NCBI GenBank assembly: GCA_038153405.1
Contig: JAYOYH010000010.1
Span: 22,751 to 86,750, forward strand
Length of the DNA: 64,000 bases
Source of the DNA: Gemmatimonadota bacterium
Lineage (GTDB): Bacteria > Latescibacterota > UBA2968 > UBA8231
Direction of reading: 5' to 3'
The notes under the pieces were generated by a model. It ran no database searches. It saw nothing but the letters and a program-made list of their open reading frames with translations, and was not told the DNA's origin. The position numbers were made by a program, and so were the translations under genes. Below are positions 19,320 through 28,649 of the stretch, piece after piece. Within the stretch, counting starts at the first letter, position 1. Every line of letters begins with the position of its first letter.

Positions 19320-20912
19320 CTAATGAACGCGCAGCGGCACTAGCGTGAAGTGACGCGATGCATCGGACTGGCTCTTCACATGAGAAAGAAACCTTTTCTC
19401 GTCTCTCCACAAGTGGGGATACGAAGCGGGGGTGGAAACCCCTCGCTCTACCAGCACGCGCCAGAATGCCTTGTCGCGCATGGCAAAGGCTGTGGCGACC
19501 AAGAAAAAGTCCGCGCCGGCTTCGGCCAAGCTGTCTAGGCGCGAAATGGAAAATGCGTCCGGCGTGAGCTGCCAGCCCTTGCGATGGCAATAGTATAACA
19601 TGGTCGGACTCTGTGCGCGAAACGGCGCGCCGGCGTTTTCGTCCAGATCGCCAACGACTAGCAGGGCGTCGCTCGGCACCTTGGTATCGACGATCTTTCC
19701 CGCAGCAAAACAGCTCTCGTAGTAGGCGTGTAGATTATTGGGCTGTTCGTAGTAGGGGCTCAGCGCTCCGGCGCTGTGCGCCAGCGTTACGCCGCTCACA
19801 ACGCCTAAGAAGACGACGCGCGGGACTGCGTTTCCGTTCCGCATCCAAGCGGCGCGGTGCATCCACTGGTAGAGCCAATCGACTCCGCGCGCAGCCAACA
19901 GCGCCCCGAACGGCACAAAGGGCAACTGGTAGTAGTGCAGCTTGCGATTGCCCTCTGGCACAAGTGCCAAATACAGCAACAGCCCCAATGCCCAACCCCA
20001 CAGTCCCCAGGCATGCCGCGCCCTCTGCTTCCATAAGGCGAACGCACCCATCCCCAGCGCCGCGGCACCCACTGGCGTATAAACCACGTCGATAAAACGC
20101 CAGCCCATCTGTTTGTAAAAATCAATGGACCACAGCACGCTTCGATCCCACTTATCGTAGCCGTAGCGGTTCCAGATGCCAAACGTCAGGCCCGTCTCGG
20201 CAAACAAATCTGCCGCGTGCGCATACCACATCGCGGCGGGCAGCAGCACTGCTAGTGCATAGACCCATAGGGCAGGGCGCAAGAGAAATCGCCATCCCCA
20301 GCGCTCCAAAGCGAGCCCGACCAAGGCAAAGCCGAGGTACAGGGTGGGAATCTTAACCATGAAGCACAGCGCAGCGCTGGCAGCGGCACCCAAAGCGTAC
20401 GGTAAACGCCCGCTCTCCGCCCAGCAATGGAACAGCAGCAGCGCCGCTACGCTCAGCAGGAGCATGAGCGGCTCGGGCATAAAAACGCGTCCGAAATATA
20501 TGCTGAGCGGGGTGAAGAGAAAGAAGAATACTGCCCACAGAGCGACCCGTTCGTCGCCGAATATTCGCCGGGCAAAAACAAATAGCAGAAAGGCCGCTGC
20601 CAGCGAAAACAGGGCAGAGATCAGGCGTCCCAACCCTTCGTGGACGCCCCCGTAGACACCGTATACCGCGGCGACTATAAAAGGATACAGGGGAAAATTC
20701 ATTTCTACGAAGCCGGGCGTATTGCCGCGCCAGTCGACCCGGGGGTAGAGCAGATCGTACCCCTCTTCGTAAAAGTTGCGCGCAATCGCCGCCGTATCCG
20801 TCTGGCGCCACGCCTGTTTGTCTATGAGGGGTTCGCCCATCTCGACGAGGCGCACAGCCAACCCCAACGCCAGCATCCCCAGCAGCCACAGCCGGGCGGT
20901 CTGCCTGGACAT
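19320..20912 (-). CDS. GT-C fold membrane glycosyltransferase, family 39/83 (ArnT / PMT-like)
   Basis: 530 aa with about 11 predicted TM helices. The first periplasmic loop carries acidic/aromatic residues (RQTDTAAIARNFYEEGYDLLYPRVDW). A soluble C-terminal domain follows. The architecture matches the ArnT/PqaB/PMT_2 family. Confidence 0.65.
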   Translation of the reverse strand: MSRQTARLWLLGMLALGLAVRLVEMGEPLIDKQAWRQTDTAAIARNFYEEGYDLLYPRVDWRGNTPGFVEMNFPLYPFIVAAVYGVYGGVHEGLGRLISALFSLAAAFLLFVFARRIFGDERVALWAVFFFLFTPLSIYFGRVFMPEPLMLLLSVAALLLFHCWAESGRLPYALGAAASAALCFMVKIPTLYLGFALVGLALERWGWRFLLRPALWVYALAVLLPAAMWYAHAADLFAETGLTFGIWNRYGYDKWDRSVLWSIDFYKQMGWRFIDVVYTPVGAAALGMGAFALWKQRARHAWGLWGWALGLLLYLALVPEGNRKLHYYQLPFVPFGALLAARGVDWLYQWMHRAAWMRNGNAVPRVVFLGVVSGVTLAHSAGALSPYYEQPNNLHAYYESCFAAGKIVDTKVPSDALLVVGDLDENAGAPFRAQSPTMLYYCHRKGWQLTPDAFSISRLDSLAEAGADFFLVATAFAMRDKAFWRVLVERGVSTPASYPHLWRDEKRFLSHVKSQSDASRHFTLVPLRVH

Positions 20913-20919
20913 GAAGGCG

Positions 20920-22095
20920 TTAGAAGGGGCGCCAATGGGGAGACATATCGTCGCGGTCGTCGTTGTTCGTCAAGTTGACGGGCATACCAACGGGAGAGGG
21001 CAGATCATCCAAGTCAAAGCCGCGCGTCGATACGCGGTAAATGTCGTAGTCGTCTTCGTTCATCTTGCCCGCATAGGCAATCGACTTGCCATCACCCGAC
21101 CACGTGGGCTCTTGCTCGTAGGTTTTTTCGGCGACGGAGATGCGCACCCGCGCACTGCCATCGGCATTCATCAGCATCAACTCTTGGCCGCCAAACCGCT
21201 CTGAATTATAGGCGATGCGCTTGCCCAGCGGCCCCCAAGCGGCAAACCAATCGTATTTCTTATTGTCCGTCAGACGCACTCGATTCGAACCATCTACGGC
21301 GATGAGATAGAGCTCGTCATTGCTGTCAAAAACCGATGAAGTAAAGGCGATGAGTCGGCCATCGGGCGACCACGAAGGTTCGCGCCCCTCGACCAGTTTG
21401 CGCTTATTGCCGCCATCGGCATCCATCAGCCAGATTGACTTATCGCCGTCGCGCTGGCTCTCAAAAGCGATGGTCCGGCCATCGGGCGACCAGACCGCGC
21501 GCTGGTCGCGCTCGGCGTGCTCGGTCAAGCGCCGTCGATTCGAACCGTCTGCGTCCAACGCATAAATGTCGAAATTGGTCATCACATCGCCGCTGGTAAA
21601 CAGGATCTGCTGGCCATCGGGCGACCAAGACGGGTGCTGCTCAAACTCGGGCGTATCGGTCAACTGGCGCCGCTCGGAGCCATCTGCGCGCATCGTAAAA
21701 AGGTCCCAGTTGCGCGCGCTCTGCGGGGTCGATGCATACAGGATAGTACCGGCCAGCGATTCGCCGGCATTGCTCCCAGCCGGCACCTCAAAGGTGACCT
21801 TGTAGTCTTGGACCCCGCTCATTGGAGGCGCTTCCAACTCCAGCACCCGCGTATCCAGGTAGCTTCCAGCCGAGACGTTGACCACATACGTTCCGCTGCG
21901 CAACTCGGCGTCGCTGTCCGGACCGGGAAAGACGTAGGTTCCGGCCGATACCAAGTTGTTGAACTTGTATTGCAGGTCGTTGGCATCTAAGCGCACGTGC
22001 TGCCCATCGCCGCCCTTCACCTCTATAGTAACCTGGTTTTTTCCACATGCGGCCAATAGAAAGACCGCTGCAAAAAGCGAAAAAACTATGCGCAT
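20920..22095 (-). CDS. TolB-like WD40/PD40 beta-propeller lipoprotein
   Basis: The start is adjusted to MRIVFSLFAAVFLLAAC (lipobox). Repeats of the SWSPDG / WSPDGR / TWSGDGK type are present (PD40). Confidence 0.7.
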   Translation of the reverse strand: MRIVFSLFAAVFLLAACGKNQVTIEVKGGDGQHVRLDANDLQYKFNNLVSAGTYVFPGPDSDAELRSGTYVVNVSAGSYLDTRVLELEAPPMSGVQDYKVTFEVPAGSNAGESLAGTILYASTPQSARNWDLFTMRADGSERRQLTDTPEFEQHPSWSPDGQQILFTSGDVMTNFDIYALDADGSNRRRLTEHAERDQRAVWSPDGRTIAFESQRDGDKSIWLMDADGGNKRKLVEGREPSWSPDGRLIAFTSSVFDSNDELYLIAVDGSNRVRLTDNKKYDWFAAWGPLGKRIAYNSERFGGQELMLMNADGSARVRISVAEKTYEQEPTWSGDGKSIAYAGKMNEDDYDIYRVSTRGFDLDDLPSPVGMPVNLTNNDDRDDMSPHWRPF

Positions 22096-22124
22096 ATATC
22101 CCTCCGCAACGTGTTGATATGCTC

Positions 22125-22805
22125 TCAATCCAATCCGCTGAGCCGGCGCAGGACTCCGTCCAACTCGTCAATGACGGCGGACAAATCGGCCATTCCCTGG
22201 GCTCGTATAGGTTTGCCAACGCGAAAAAAGACGCGCGAGCGCGGCCTGATATAGCTCTCGTATTCGATGCCAATGGGAACAATGGGCACTTCAATACCCC
22301 ACCTTTCCTGCGTCCGCAATAGGTGCTCTACCACCTCCTTTTGCACGGGCCCCATACGGTCCTGGTAGCGCATGCCTTCGGGGTGGGAAATCACCAATTC
22401 GCCGTGCCTATACAGCCACGATAAATAGGCCTGCATATCGCTGTTGGCCTCTCGTGCACGCCGTATCGCTTCGCGCCGCTGCTCCCGATCCTTCAGCCGG
22501 CGCACATCTTTGGGGCGAGTGACCTTAACGCCGCCGGCCAGTTCCAGAATGCCCCACAAGCCGCGCTTCATTACAAAGGTGGCAAAGCGACCCGTGTAGC
22601 GATACAGGGAAATCCCCTCGACGATAATATCCCGGTAGGCGTGGTGCTTGGGCAATAGCAGTCCTGCCCCTTCGCGCGGCAGGTTTTCGACGCCTTCGGC
22701 AACCACCTCGTGAAAGTGCAGCAACCCCGCACCGCACAAGCGCACGAGTTGGGCCAGCGCATCAATGCGCCGCAGGCTGAGGTCGTCGTCCCGCACTTCG
22801 CCCAT
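22125..22805 (-). CDS. Lysophospholipid / 1-acyl-sn-glycerol-3-phosphate acyltransferase (PlsC-family)
   Basis: The HX4D acyltransferase motif is present (PKHHAYRDII). The length of 226 aa and the EGMRYQD / IVPIGIEY blocks fit the LPLAT family. It overlaps the downstream gene by 4 nt. Confidence 0.65.
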   Translation of the reverse strand: MGEVRDDDLSLRRIDALAQLVRLCGAGLLHFHEVVAEGVENLPREGAGLLLPKHHAYRDIIVEGISLYRYTGRFATFVMKRGLWGILELAGGVKVTRPKDVRRLKDREQRREAIRRAREANSDMQAYLSWLYRHGELVISHPEGMRYQDRMGPVQKEVVEHLLRTQERWGIEVPIVPIGIEYESYIRPRSRVFFRVGKPIRAQGMADLSAVIDELDGVLRRLSGLD

Positions 22806-22813
22806 CGCAGCGC

Positions 22814-23296
22814 CTAGTGGAATAGTTCCTTGATTTTTCCCCAGGTGCTCTCGTCCACATCCGTGCTCATATGGGCGCCAGACAGGGAACGCACGACGGG
22901 TTCCATATCGCTTCCACTGCCGTGGGAATGGATGCGCGCATCGGGGTAAACGAGCACGGCGTAGTCGCCGCTAGCGCCAGCCCGCTCGACGATGGAATCG
23001 GGGATAGCCCACTCGCCATCTATGGCTTTTGTGCGCGGCCAAACGACGCCGATTAAGTCAAAGGTATGTGCGGACGCGTTGGATATGTTCTGCCAGCTGG
23101 CCAGGCGCTCTACCTGTTGGAAGTGGTCTGGTGAGTACAAGTAGAACAGACGCAGAGTGCCATCGCCTGCCGGGCCATAGCCGCCTTCACCCGCAATCCC
23201 GCTGCCGACGAGGATAAAGCTCAAGCAACACAGCACCACACTTACCCTAGTCACAACCCACCTGCTTGCCACCTTGTTACTCGGCGCGAATCGCAT
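22814..23296 (-). CDS. Hypothetical secreted or membrane protein (160 aa)
   Basis: ORF in operon context with a hydrophobic N-terminal segment (VSVVLCCLSFILVGSGIA). It overlaps the upstream gene's 3' end by 20 nt, so the start may be further downstream. Confidence 0.35.
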   Translation of the reverse strand: MRFAPSNKVASRWVVTRVSVVLCCLSFILVGSGIAGEGGYGPAGDGTLRLFYLYSPDHFQQVERLASWQNISNASAHTFDLIGVVWPRTKAIDGEWAIPDSIVERAGASGDYAVLVYPDARIHSHGSGSDMEPVVRSLSGAHMSTDVDESTWGKIKELFH

Positions 23297-24314
23297 AATC
23301 CTTCTGTACCTCTTCCTGTCCTTCGAGAATGCGCACTAGAGACAAATGCGCGCTCAGCACCTGTTCGATCTGCACCACGCCTACGCGGCGCGGAAGCGCC
23401 GTGCCCAGGACGGCACCCGTTTCTGGGTCCTTCAACTCTCGGCCGTGATCCCATACACCGTATTTGTTGCCGTTGGCCACCGAGTCAGCCAGACCGACGT
23501 TGATATAGGCGCGCGCGCCGTCGACGTCGATGATTTTTGGCCCGGACGAGACTTTGAGCTCCGCTGGCGGCTTGATGAGGCTATCCAGTCCGGCGGCCAA
23601 CTGCAAGAGCTCCTTGCCGACCGATTTGCCCAGCAGTGTCTCGTGAAACTCCGGACTGCCCCACTCCATTTGCCCCAGTAAAAAGTACTCTTTTTCCAGC
23701 GGGACATAGGCAGCCGGGTTCGTAATACCATAGCGCTTGCTATCTTCGACAGCTTCGCGTATCACCTCGCCTGCCGGCTGTCCGTCAATGACTTTATACG
23801 GGTAGAGGCGTATGCTGGTGAGCCCCTGATAGCTGCGGTATCCTCCAACGGGTACAGTCGCGCGAAAGCGCTTCATGCTCAGCTCATCGATCTCGCCCAA
23901 GACGACGAAGTCCGCCCCGACTCGCCGGCCCACTTCCAGTGCCCTATCGACGGAAATCCGCCCTTTTAGCTCTTTCTTATCCAGATGGACCAGCGCCGAA
24001 TCGATGGGCAGCGTGCGAAAAAATTCACTGGCGTAGAGCGAATCGGCCAGGCCGCGCGGCAGCGCAGTGTAGATATCCCACTGCCCCTTGTATTTCGATT
24101 CGTCCTTAAAGGGCAGAAATAGCAGTGCCTGCGCCAGAGCGCTGGCGCTGTCTGTAGCCGCGCTAGAGGGCACAACAAAATCGGCTGCCGTCGCGCCGCC
24201 TTCCCCCGTCTTTTGCTTTGAGCCAACGCCCATGACCGGCACCGGCGACTCGCGGACCGAGGCGCAGCCCCAAACCAAACACCCCAGCAACAGCAGCATC
24301 GCCCTATGCTTCAT
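23277..24314 (-). CDS. Hypothetical lipoprotein (345 aa)
   Basis: Lipobox MKHRAMLLLLGCLVWGC. The C-terminal region (IIDVDGARAYINVGLADSVANGNKYGVW...VGVVQIEQV) suggests a small beta-rich periplasmic domain of uncertain family. Confidence 0.5.
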   Translation of the reverse strand: MKHRAMLLLLGCLVWGCASVRESPVPVMGVGSKQKTGEGGATAADFVVPSSAATDSASALAQALLFLPFKDESKYKGQWDIYTALPRGLADSLYASEFFRTLPIDSALVHLDKKELKGRISVDRALEVGRRVGADFVVLGEIDELSMKRFRATVPVGGYRSYQGLTSIRLYPYKVIDGQPAGEVIREAVEDSKRYGITNPAAYVPLEKEYFLLGQMEWGSPEFHETLLGKSVGKELLQLAAGLDSLIKPPAELKVSSGPKIIDVDGARAYINVGLADSVANGNKYGVWDHGRELKDPETGAVLGTALPRRVGVVQIEQVLSAHLSLVRILEGQEEVQKDYAIRAE

Positions 24315-25588
24315 GAGACGCGCTCCTGCAAGCGGGTGAGCACATAGGGCCCTTTGGGAATCACGGCGATGCGCGCATCGTCGCCCCTCTCGCGCAGCGC
24401 GCGCTGAATGCCCTCTTCGACAGAGGGGACCATTTCAACCAGCACGCTGTCGCGCTGCTCTGCGCCAATACCCTCCGAATACATCATGACCCGTGCCTTG
24501 CGCAGCACCTTGCACAACTCCTGCAGCTGCCACTGATCGATGACGAAAAACTGCGGATCTTCCAACTGGCGCGCGAACTGCTCGACGCTCTCCGTGTTGA
24601 GCAATAGCTCGGTAAACTCGGGACTGCCAATCCCCTCGTCGCAGCGGGCCACGATCAGTACCGTGCCCCCTTCGGCCACGATCGGCAGAGCGGCTGTAAG
24701 CCCCTTGACGGCTTGATAAAAAGTCAGATCGAGCGGCAGCCCCGCGCTCGAGGTGATAACTAAGTCGGCCGGTTCGGCCAGAGCAGCGCCATTCTGCTTT
24801 TCGACAAAGGCCACGCCCTCGGCGTGCGCTTTTTCCAGATCGCCAGCAAAAATAGCGGTGATCTCGCGCCGCTCGTTCATGGCGACATTGAGCGTAAAAT
24901 CGACGCCGGCGCGCTGGGCCACTTCCAGCGCCTGGCGGTGGAATGGATTGCCCTCGATAATGCCTTCAGCGGCGTTGGCATGCGATAGCAGGCGCGGGCC
25001 GTGCAAGACCCGCATCGTATCAACCCCCATCAAGCCGGGGCAAATCGCCTTGCGCCCGCCGGAATAGCCAGCCATCAGATGGGGTTCAATTAACGAGGTC
25101 GCAATCTTCAAGTCGGCTTCGACATAGAGAGTATCGATCCAGATTGGCGCACCACCCGAGGTCTCGCCCAGATAGGTGAGGGTGTCCTTATCGCGCGCCC
25201 GGTGGTTTACAACCCGGTAGTTCTGCGCAATTTCGGCGCCGACCAACTGCACTAGTTCGTCCCCTTCATTGGGACGATGCAAGCCCGTGCCGATGAGAAT
25301 AGTGATGTCCTCGCGGGCCATGCCCTCCTCTTCGAGGGTGCGCAAGATGGGCGGCAGAATCGTTGCATTGGGCACCGGTCGAGTTATATCAGCGATGACG
25401 ACGCAGGCATTTTTCCGACCGGCTGCCAGTCGACGCAGCGACGGCGTGCCAATGGGATGGGCCAGCGCGTGATCGAGTCGCCCCTCAATCTGATCGAGCG
25501 CTGGCGCACCGCTCATCTGTAAGATGTGGGCGCGGTCGGGCACTTCGATCTGTAGGCCGTCCCGTCCGTAGTCCATCGTCACTTTCAT
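24311..25588 (-). CDS. larA: LarA-family protein (nickel-pincer-dependent lactate / 2-hydroxyacid racemase homolog, DUF2088)
   Basis: 425 aa. The family-typical N-terminal sequence is DYGRDGLQIEVPD...VIADITRPVP. The conserved blocks GTGLHRP, GGRKAICPGL and EGNPFH are present. Confidence 0.7.
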   Translation of the reverse strand: MKVTMDYGRDGLQIEVPDRAHILQMSGAPALDQIEGRLDHALAHPIGTPSLRRLAAGRKNACVVIADITRPVPNATILPPILRTLEEEGMAREDITILIGTGLHRPNEGDELVQLVGAEIAQNYRVVNHRARDKDTLTYLGETSGGAPIWIDTLYVEADLKIATSLIEPHLMAGYSGGRKAICPGLMGVDTMRVLHGPRLLSHANAAEGIIEGNPFHRQALEVAQRAGVDFTLNVAMNERREITAIFAGDLEKAHAEGVAFVEKQNGAALAEPADLVITSSAGLPLDLTFYQAVKGLTAALPIVAEGGTVLIVARCDEGIGSPEFTELLLNTESVEQFARQLEDPQFFVIDQWQLQELCKVLRKARVMMYSEGIGAEQRDSVLVEMVPSVEEGIQRALRERGDDARIAVIPKGPYVLTRLQERVS

Positions 25589-26478
25589 ATGGGCTTGCGC
25601 TCCTCTGCGAGTTTTTCTTCGAGATAGACGCGGAAAGCCGCTCCGTGTTCCGGATCCTGCAGGGCAAAATCGGCGAATGCCTTGAAGTAGGTGAGCGGCG
25701 TGCCGATGTCGTAGCGCCGTTCGGCTCCGTTGAGACGCACGCAGCGCACGGGGGCACCGCGCTGCAGCAGAATGCGAATGGCGTCGGTTAGCCAGAGTTC
25801 GCCACCCAGCCCGGGTTTGATCGAATCGATGGCCGAAAATATCTCCGGCGTAAAGATGTAGCGTGCGGCGACAGCCAAACAGCTGGGCGCCTCCGCGATA
25901 TCGGGCTTTTCCACGATATCGGCGATGGCAAAATCATCGCCAACCTCTCCCGCCGGCTGCACGACTCCATATTTGCGCGTGTCTTCGCGCGGCACTTCCC
26001 AAACGCCAATGGTAGCTACCGAGTTGTGACGTTCGTGCGAATCGGCCATACGCTCGATAACGCGCGGCTCATCGGGCGAGTAGATAATCGTATCGCCAAA
26101 GGCAACTACAAAGGACTCATTGCCGACGAATTCGCGGGCCAATCGCACGGCATCGGCATTTCCGTCAGGACGGCGCTGGCGCGCGTAGTAGAATTCTACA
26201 CCTTGAGCGGCATAATCGACTTCGCCGATGATCTGCTCTTTGTCGGACAGCCGCGCTTCCAACTCGGGATCTGCGTCGAAGTGATCCTCAATCGAGCGCT
26301 TTTTCCGGCCCGTTATAAAAAGGAACTTACTCAGGCCCTGTTGGATCATCTCCTCGACGACGTACTGCACTACCGGCTTATACCCCACCGGCAACATTTC
26401 TTTTGGCTGGGATTTTGTCGCAGGCAGTAATCGAGTACCCATGCCCGCGACGGGGAAAACGGCTTTGCGAATAGACAT
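25585..26478 (-). CDS. galU: UTP--glucose-1-phosphate uridylyltransferase
   Basis: KAVFPVAGMGTRLLPATKSQPKEMLPV...VQYVVEE...IEDHFD is a near-canonical GalU signature. The gene encodes 297 aa. Confidence 0.85.
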   Translation of the reverse strand: MSIRKAVFPVAGMGTRLLPATKSQPKEMLPVGYKPVVQYVVEEMIQQGLSKFLFITGRKKRSIEDHFDADPELEARLSDKEQIIGEVDYAAQGVEFYYARQRRPDGNADAVRLAREFVGNESFVVAFGDTIIYSPDEPRVIERMADSHERHNSVATIGVWEVPREDTRKYGVVQPAGEVGDDFAIADIVEKPDIAEAPSCLAVAARYIFTPEIFSAIDSIKPGLGGELWLTDAIRILLQRGAPVRCVRLNGAERRYDIGTPLTYFKAFADFALQDPEHGAAFRVYLEEKLAEERKPI

Positions 26479-26609
26479 GTGCTTACAATCTGGCTACAAG
26501 GTGCGACTAACGGTCTAGCTGGCATAAAATAGGCCATGCTCGAACATCGAGCAACCTCGTTGTTTTTTAACCACTTTCGCAATTTGGCAAAAGCAATTGA
26601 CCGCTGTAT

Positions 26610-28457
26610 TTAGGACCGATACGCCTCTTCGATTAGCGCGCCATAGCGCTCGACGATGGCCTTGGGAACGACCTTCTTGAGACCGCGCGTCAGGGTGCCA
26701 TCCTCTTCGCTGAGCGGGTTGGGCAAGAGCGCGATGCGCTGCGGCCGCTCGTGGCCGGGCAGGCCGGCGGCACGCGCTTCACCAAGCAGCTGTGCGCGCA
26801 CCAATTCGGCTATCTGTGGATGGACGCGCAGGGCGTCCTCGCCGATGCCCTGTAGCTCATCGGGTGCGTGTTTTTGCGCCTCTTCGACGTCGACTACGAC
26901 CAGCGGCAGAGGAAAGTCGCGCTGCTGGTCGCCGCAGATCAAAACGTGCTCGACCAACGGCGCGCGCGCAAAGATGCGCTCCAGCAGTTCCGGGTTGACA
27001 AACTCGCCATTGCGCAGCTTGAACTGGCGACCGACCCGACCGCGAAACGTCAGAAAGCCCTCCTCGTCCATACTGAACAAGTCGCCGGTGCGATACCAAA
27101 TCTGTCCTTCGTGCTCGACGAGAGCCCGCTGCGTCTGCTCCGGATCGTCCAAATAGCCGCGCATGACGTTGGCCCCGCTGGCCCACAGTTCGCCCACGCG
27201 TCCCCCGCCGGGCCGATAGATGCCCTCACCCTCGGGATCCCCGTAGCCTATTTCACCGCCCTGATCATCGACGATACGCACCTTGATCAGCGGCCGTCCC
27301 ACGGTGCCGACCTTGCGTCCGCCCAAATGGTTTGCGGCAATCAGCGGCGCGCACTCCGTAGCGCCGTAGCCCTCGAACGTAGTGATGTCCAAGACTTGGT
27401 GAAAAAAGTCCAGCGCCTCTGGATCGGCCTTGGCTGAGCCCACGATAAGCACTTCCAGATTAGCGCCCACGCGCGTGGCAAACTGCTGGCGAATCTTATC
27501 GATCACCTTGGCGCCGACCAGTGCAAAAAACAAGCGATCGACCGCCGTTGCCTCGCCCCTGCTCAATCGCTGTTTGGCCGTTACGGCGCGTTTGATAAGA
27601 GCCCCTTTCACCCCACCGGCCTGAATCTCTTTGCGCACATTGCCGTAGACCTTGTCGAGAATCAGCGGCACCGTGAGAAAGCCGTGCGGTTCCGAAAGGC
27701 GGATATCGCTCAGCACGCGATCGGGCGAACGCGCCATGTCCAGCACCCAGCCCTTAGCAAGCGGGTAGTATATGTTCAGGATGCCCATCGAGTGGTAGTC
27801 CGGCGCGGACTTGAAAAAGCGAAAGTCCTCGCGCAGGCTAATCACATCCCACGCTTCCTCTACATTGGCGACGATATTGGCATGAGTCTGTATAACGCCC
27901 TTGGGCATGCCGGAAGAACCCGATGTATAGAGCACCTTGCTCTCGTCATCGGCACTTATTTCCACGTCGGGTAAATCGCCCTCCGCGCCGACCAATTGCT
28001 GCCAGGCAGCGGCCGCTTCTCCCTCGCCGTCTACCAGCACCAACTGGGGCGGGGCGGGCATATCCTGCAAGACGTTTCCCAGCGCCTCGGCTCCCTTGCG
28101 ATCGACCACCAGCAGCGCCATGCCCGAGTGGCGGATGTTGTAAGCGAGGATTTCTGGCGACGACTTCAGGCAAAGCGGCACGCTACTCAGCCCTAACCGA
28201 TCGCAGGCCAGAAATACCAGCAGCGGTTCAAAGCCGCCGTCGGTGAGAATGCCGATGCGCTGTCCTTTGACCATCCCGCGACCGGCCAATCCAGCGGCCA
28301 GTCGGTCGCGCTGCGATTTTAGCTCTGCATAGGTCATGGGCTGGTACTGTGCATCCCTGCTGCCGGGAGGCAGCACGCGCACGGCCACTCGTTCAGCACA
28401 TTCGGTAAAACTCCGCTCCAATAATTCCGCAAGTGTTCGCACGTTGGTAGGCTCCAT
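26610..28457 (-). CDS. AMP-dependent synthetase/ligase (long-chain acyl-CoA synthetase-like)
   Basis: The AMP-binding motif LYTSGSSGMPKGV is present. YGATE, the YRTGD hinge and a C-terminal lysine region also fit. The gene encodes 615 aa. Confidence 0.8.
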   Translation of the reverse strand: MEPTNVRTLAELLERSFTECAERVAVRVLPPGSRDAQYQPMTYAELKSQRDRLAAGLAGRGMVKGQRIGILTDGGFEPLLVFLACDRLGLSSVPLCLKSSPEILAYNIRHSGMALLVVDRKGAEALGNVLQDMPAPPQLVLVDGEGEAAAAWQQLVGAEGDLPDVEISADDESKVLYTSGSSGMPKGVIQTHANIVANVEEAWDVISLREDFRFFKSAPDYHSMGILNIYYPLAKGWVLDMARSPDRVLSDIRLSEPHGFLTVPLILDKVYGNVRKEIQAGGVKGALIKRAVTAKQRLSRGEATAVDRLFFALVGAKVIDKIRQQFATRVGANLEVLIVGSAKADPEALDFFHQVLDITTFEGYGATECAPLIAANHLGGRKVGTVGRPLIKVRIVDDQGGEIGYGDPEGEGIYRPGGGRVGELWASGANVMRGYLDDPEQTQRALVEHEGQIWYRTGDLFSMDEEGFLTFRGRVGRQFKLRNGEFVNPELLERIFARAPLVEHVLICGDQQRDFPLPLVVVDVEEAQKHAPDELQGIGEDALRVHPQIAELVRAQLLGEARAAGLPGHERPQRIALLPNPLSEEDGTLTRGLKKVVPKAIVERYGALIEEAYRS

Positions 28458-28514
28458 GTTGCCACAGTTGGGATCGAGACCTCGTTCTTCAGCCTATTAC
28501 ATAAGAAAAAACGC

Positions 28515-28582
28515 GGTAAAATCAACCGTTTTATTGCCGATGCCTCGCCGCACCTCAGGGGGTATCGGCAAGCCATTTTACC
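28515..28582. repeat. Nested imperfect inverted repeat in a divergent intergenic region
   Basis: GGTAAAAT...ATTGCCGAT // ATCGGCAA...ATTTTACC: two 8-bp arm pairs with an asymmetric internal loop. It lies between the divergently transcribed acyl-CoA synthetase and FapA-like genes. Confidence 0.3.
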
Positions 28583-28649
28583 ACCGGGGTACTAGTTCAT
28601 ATATTGGTAGAGGAACAGGGCACCATAGGTCCATTTTTGAGCACCCAAT

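Noticed and set aside
18559-19590. Longer 343-aa version of the lipoprotein ORF
   Set aside because: The extension overlaps the GT39 gene by more than 270 nt and is Arg-rich junk. The internal Met gives a clean lipobox (LVALVGC) right after a 71-nt intergenic gap.
26510-26570. Short hairpin GCTCGA-aca-TCGAGC followed by a T-run between fadD-like and galU
   Set aside because: The orientation fits only plus-strand transcription, but both flanking genes are on the minus strand. On the minus strand the A-run precedes the hairpin. It is probably fortuitous.
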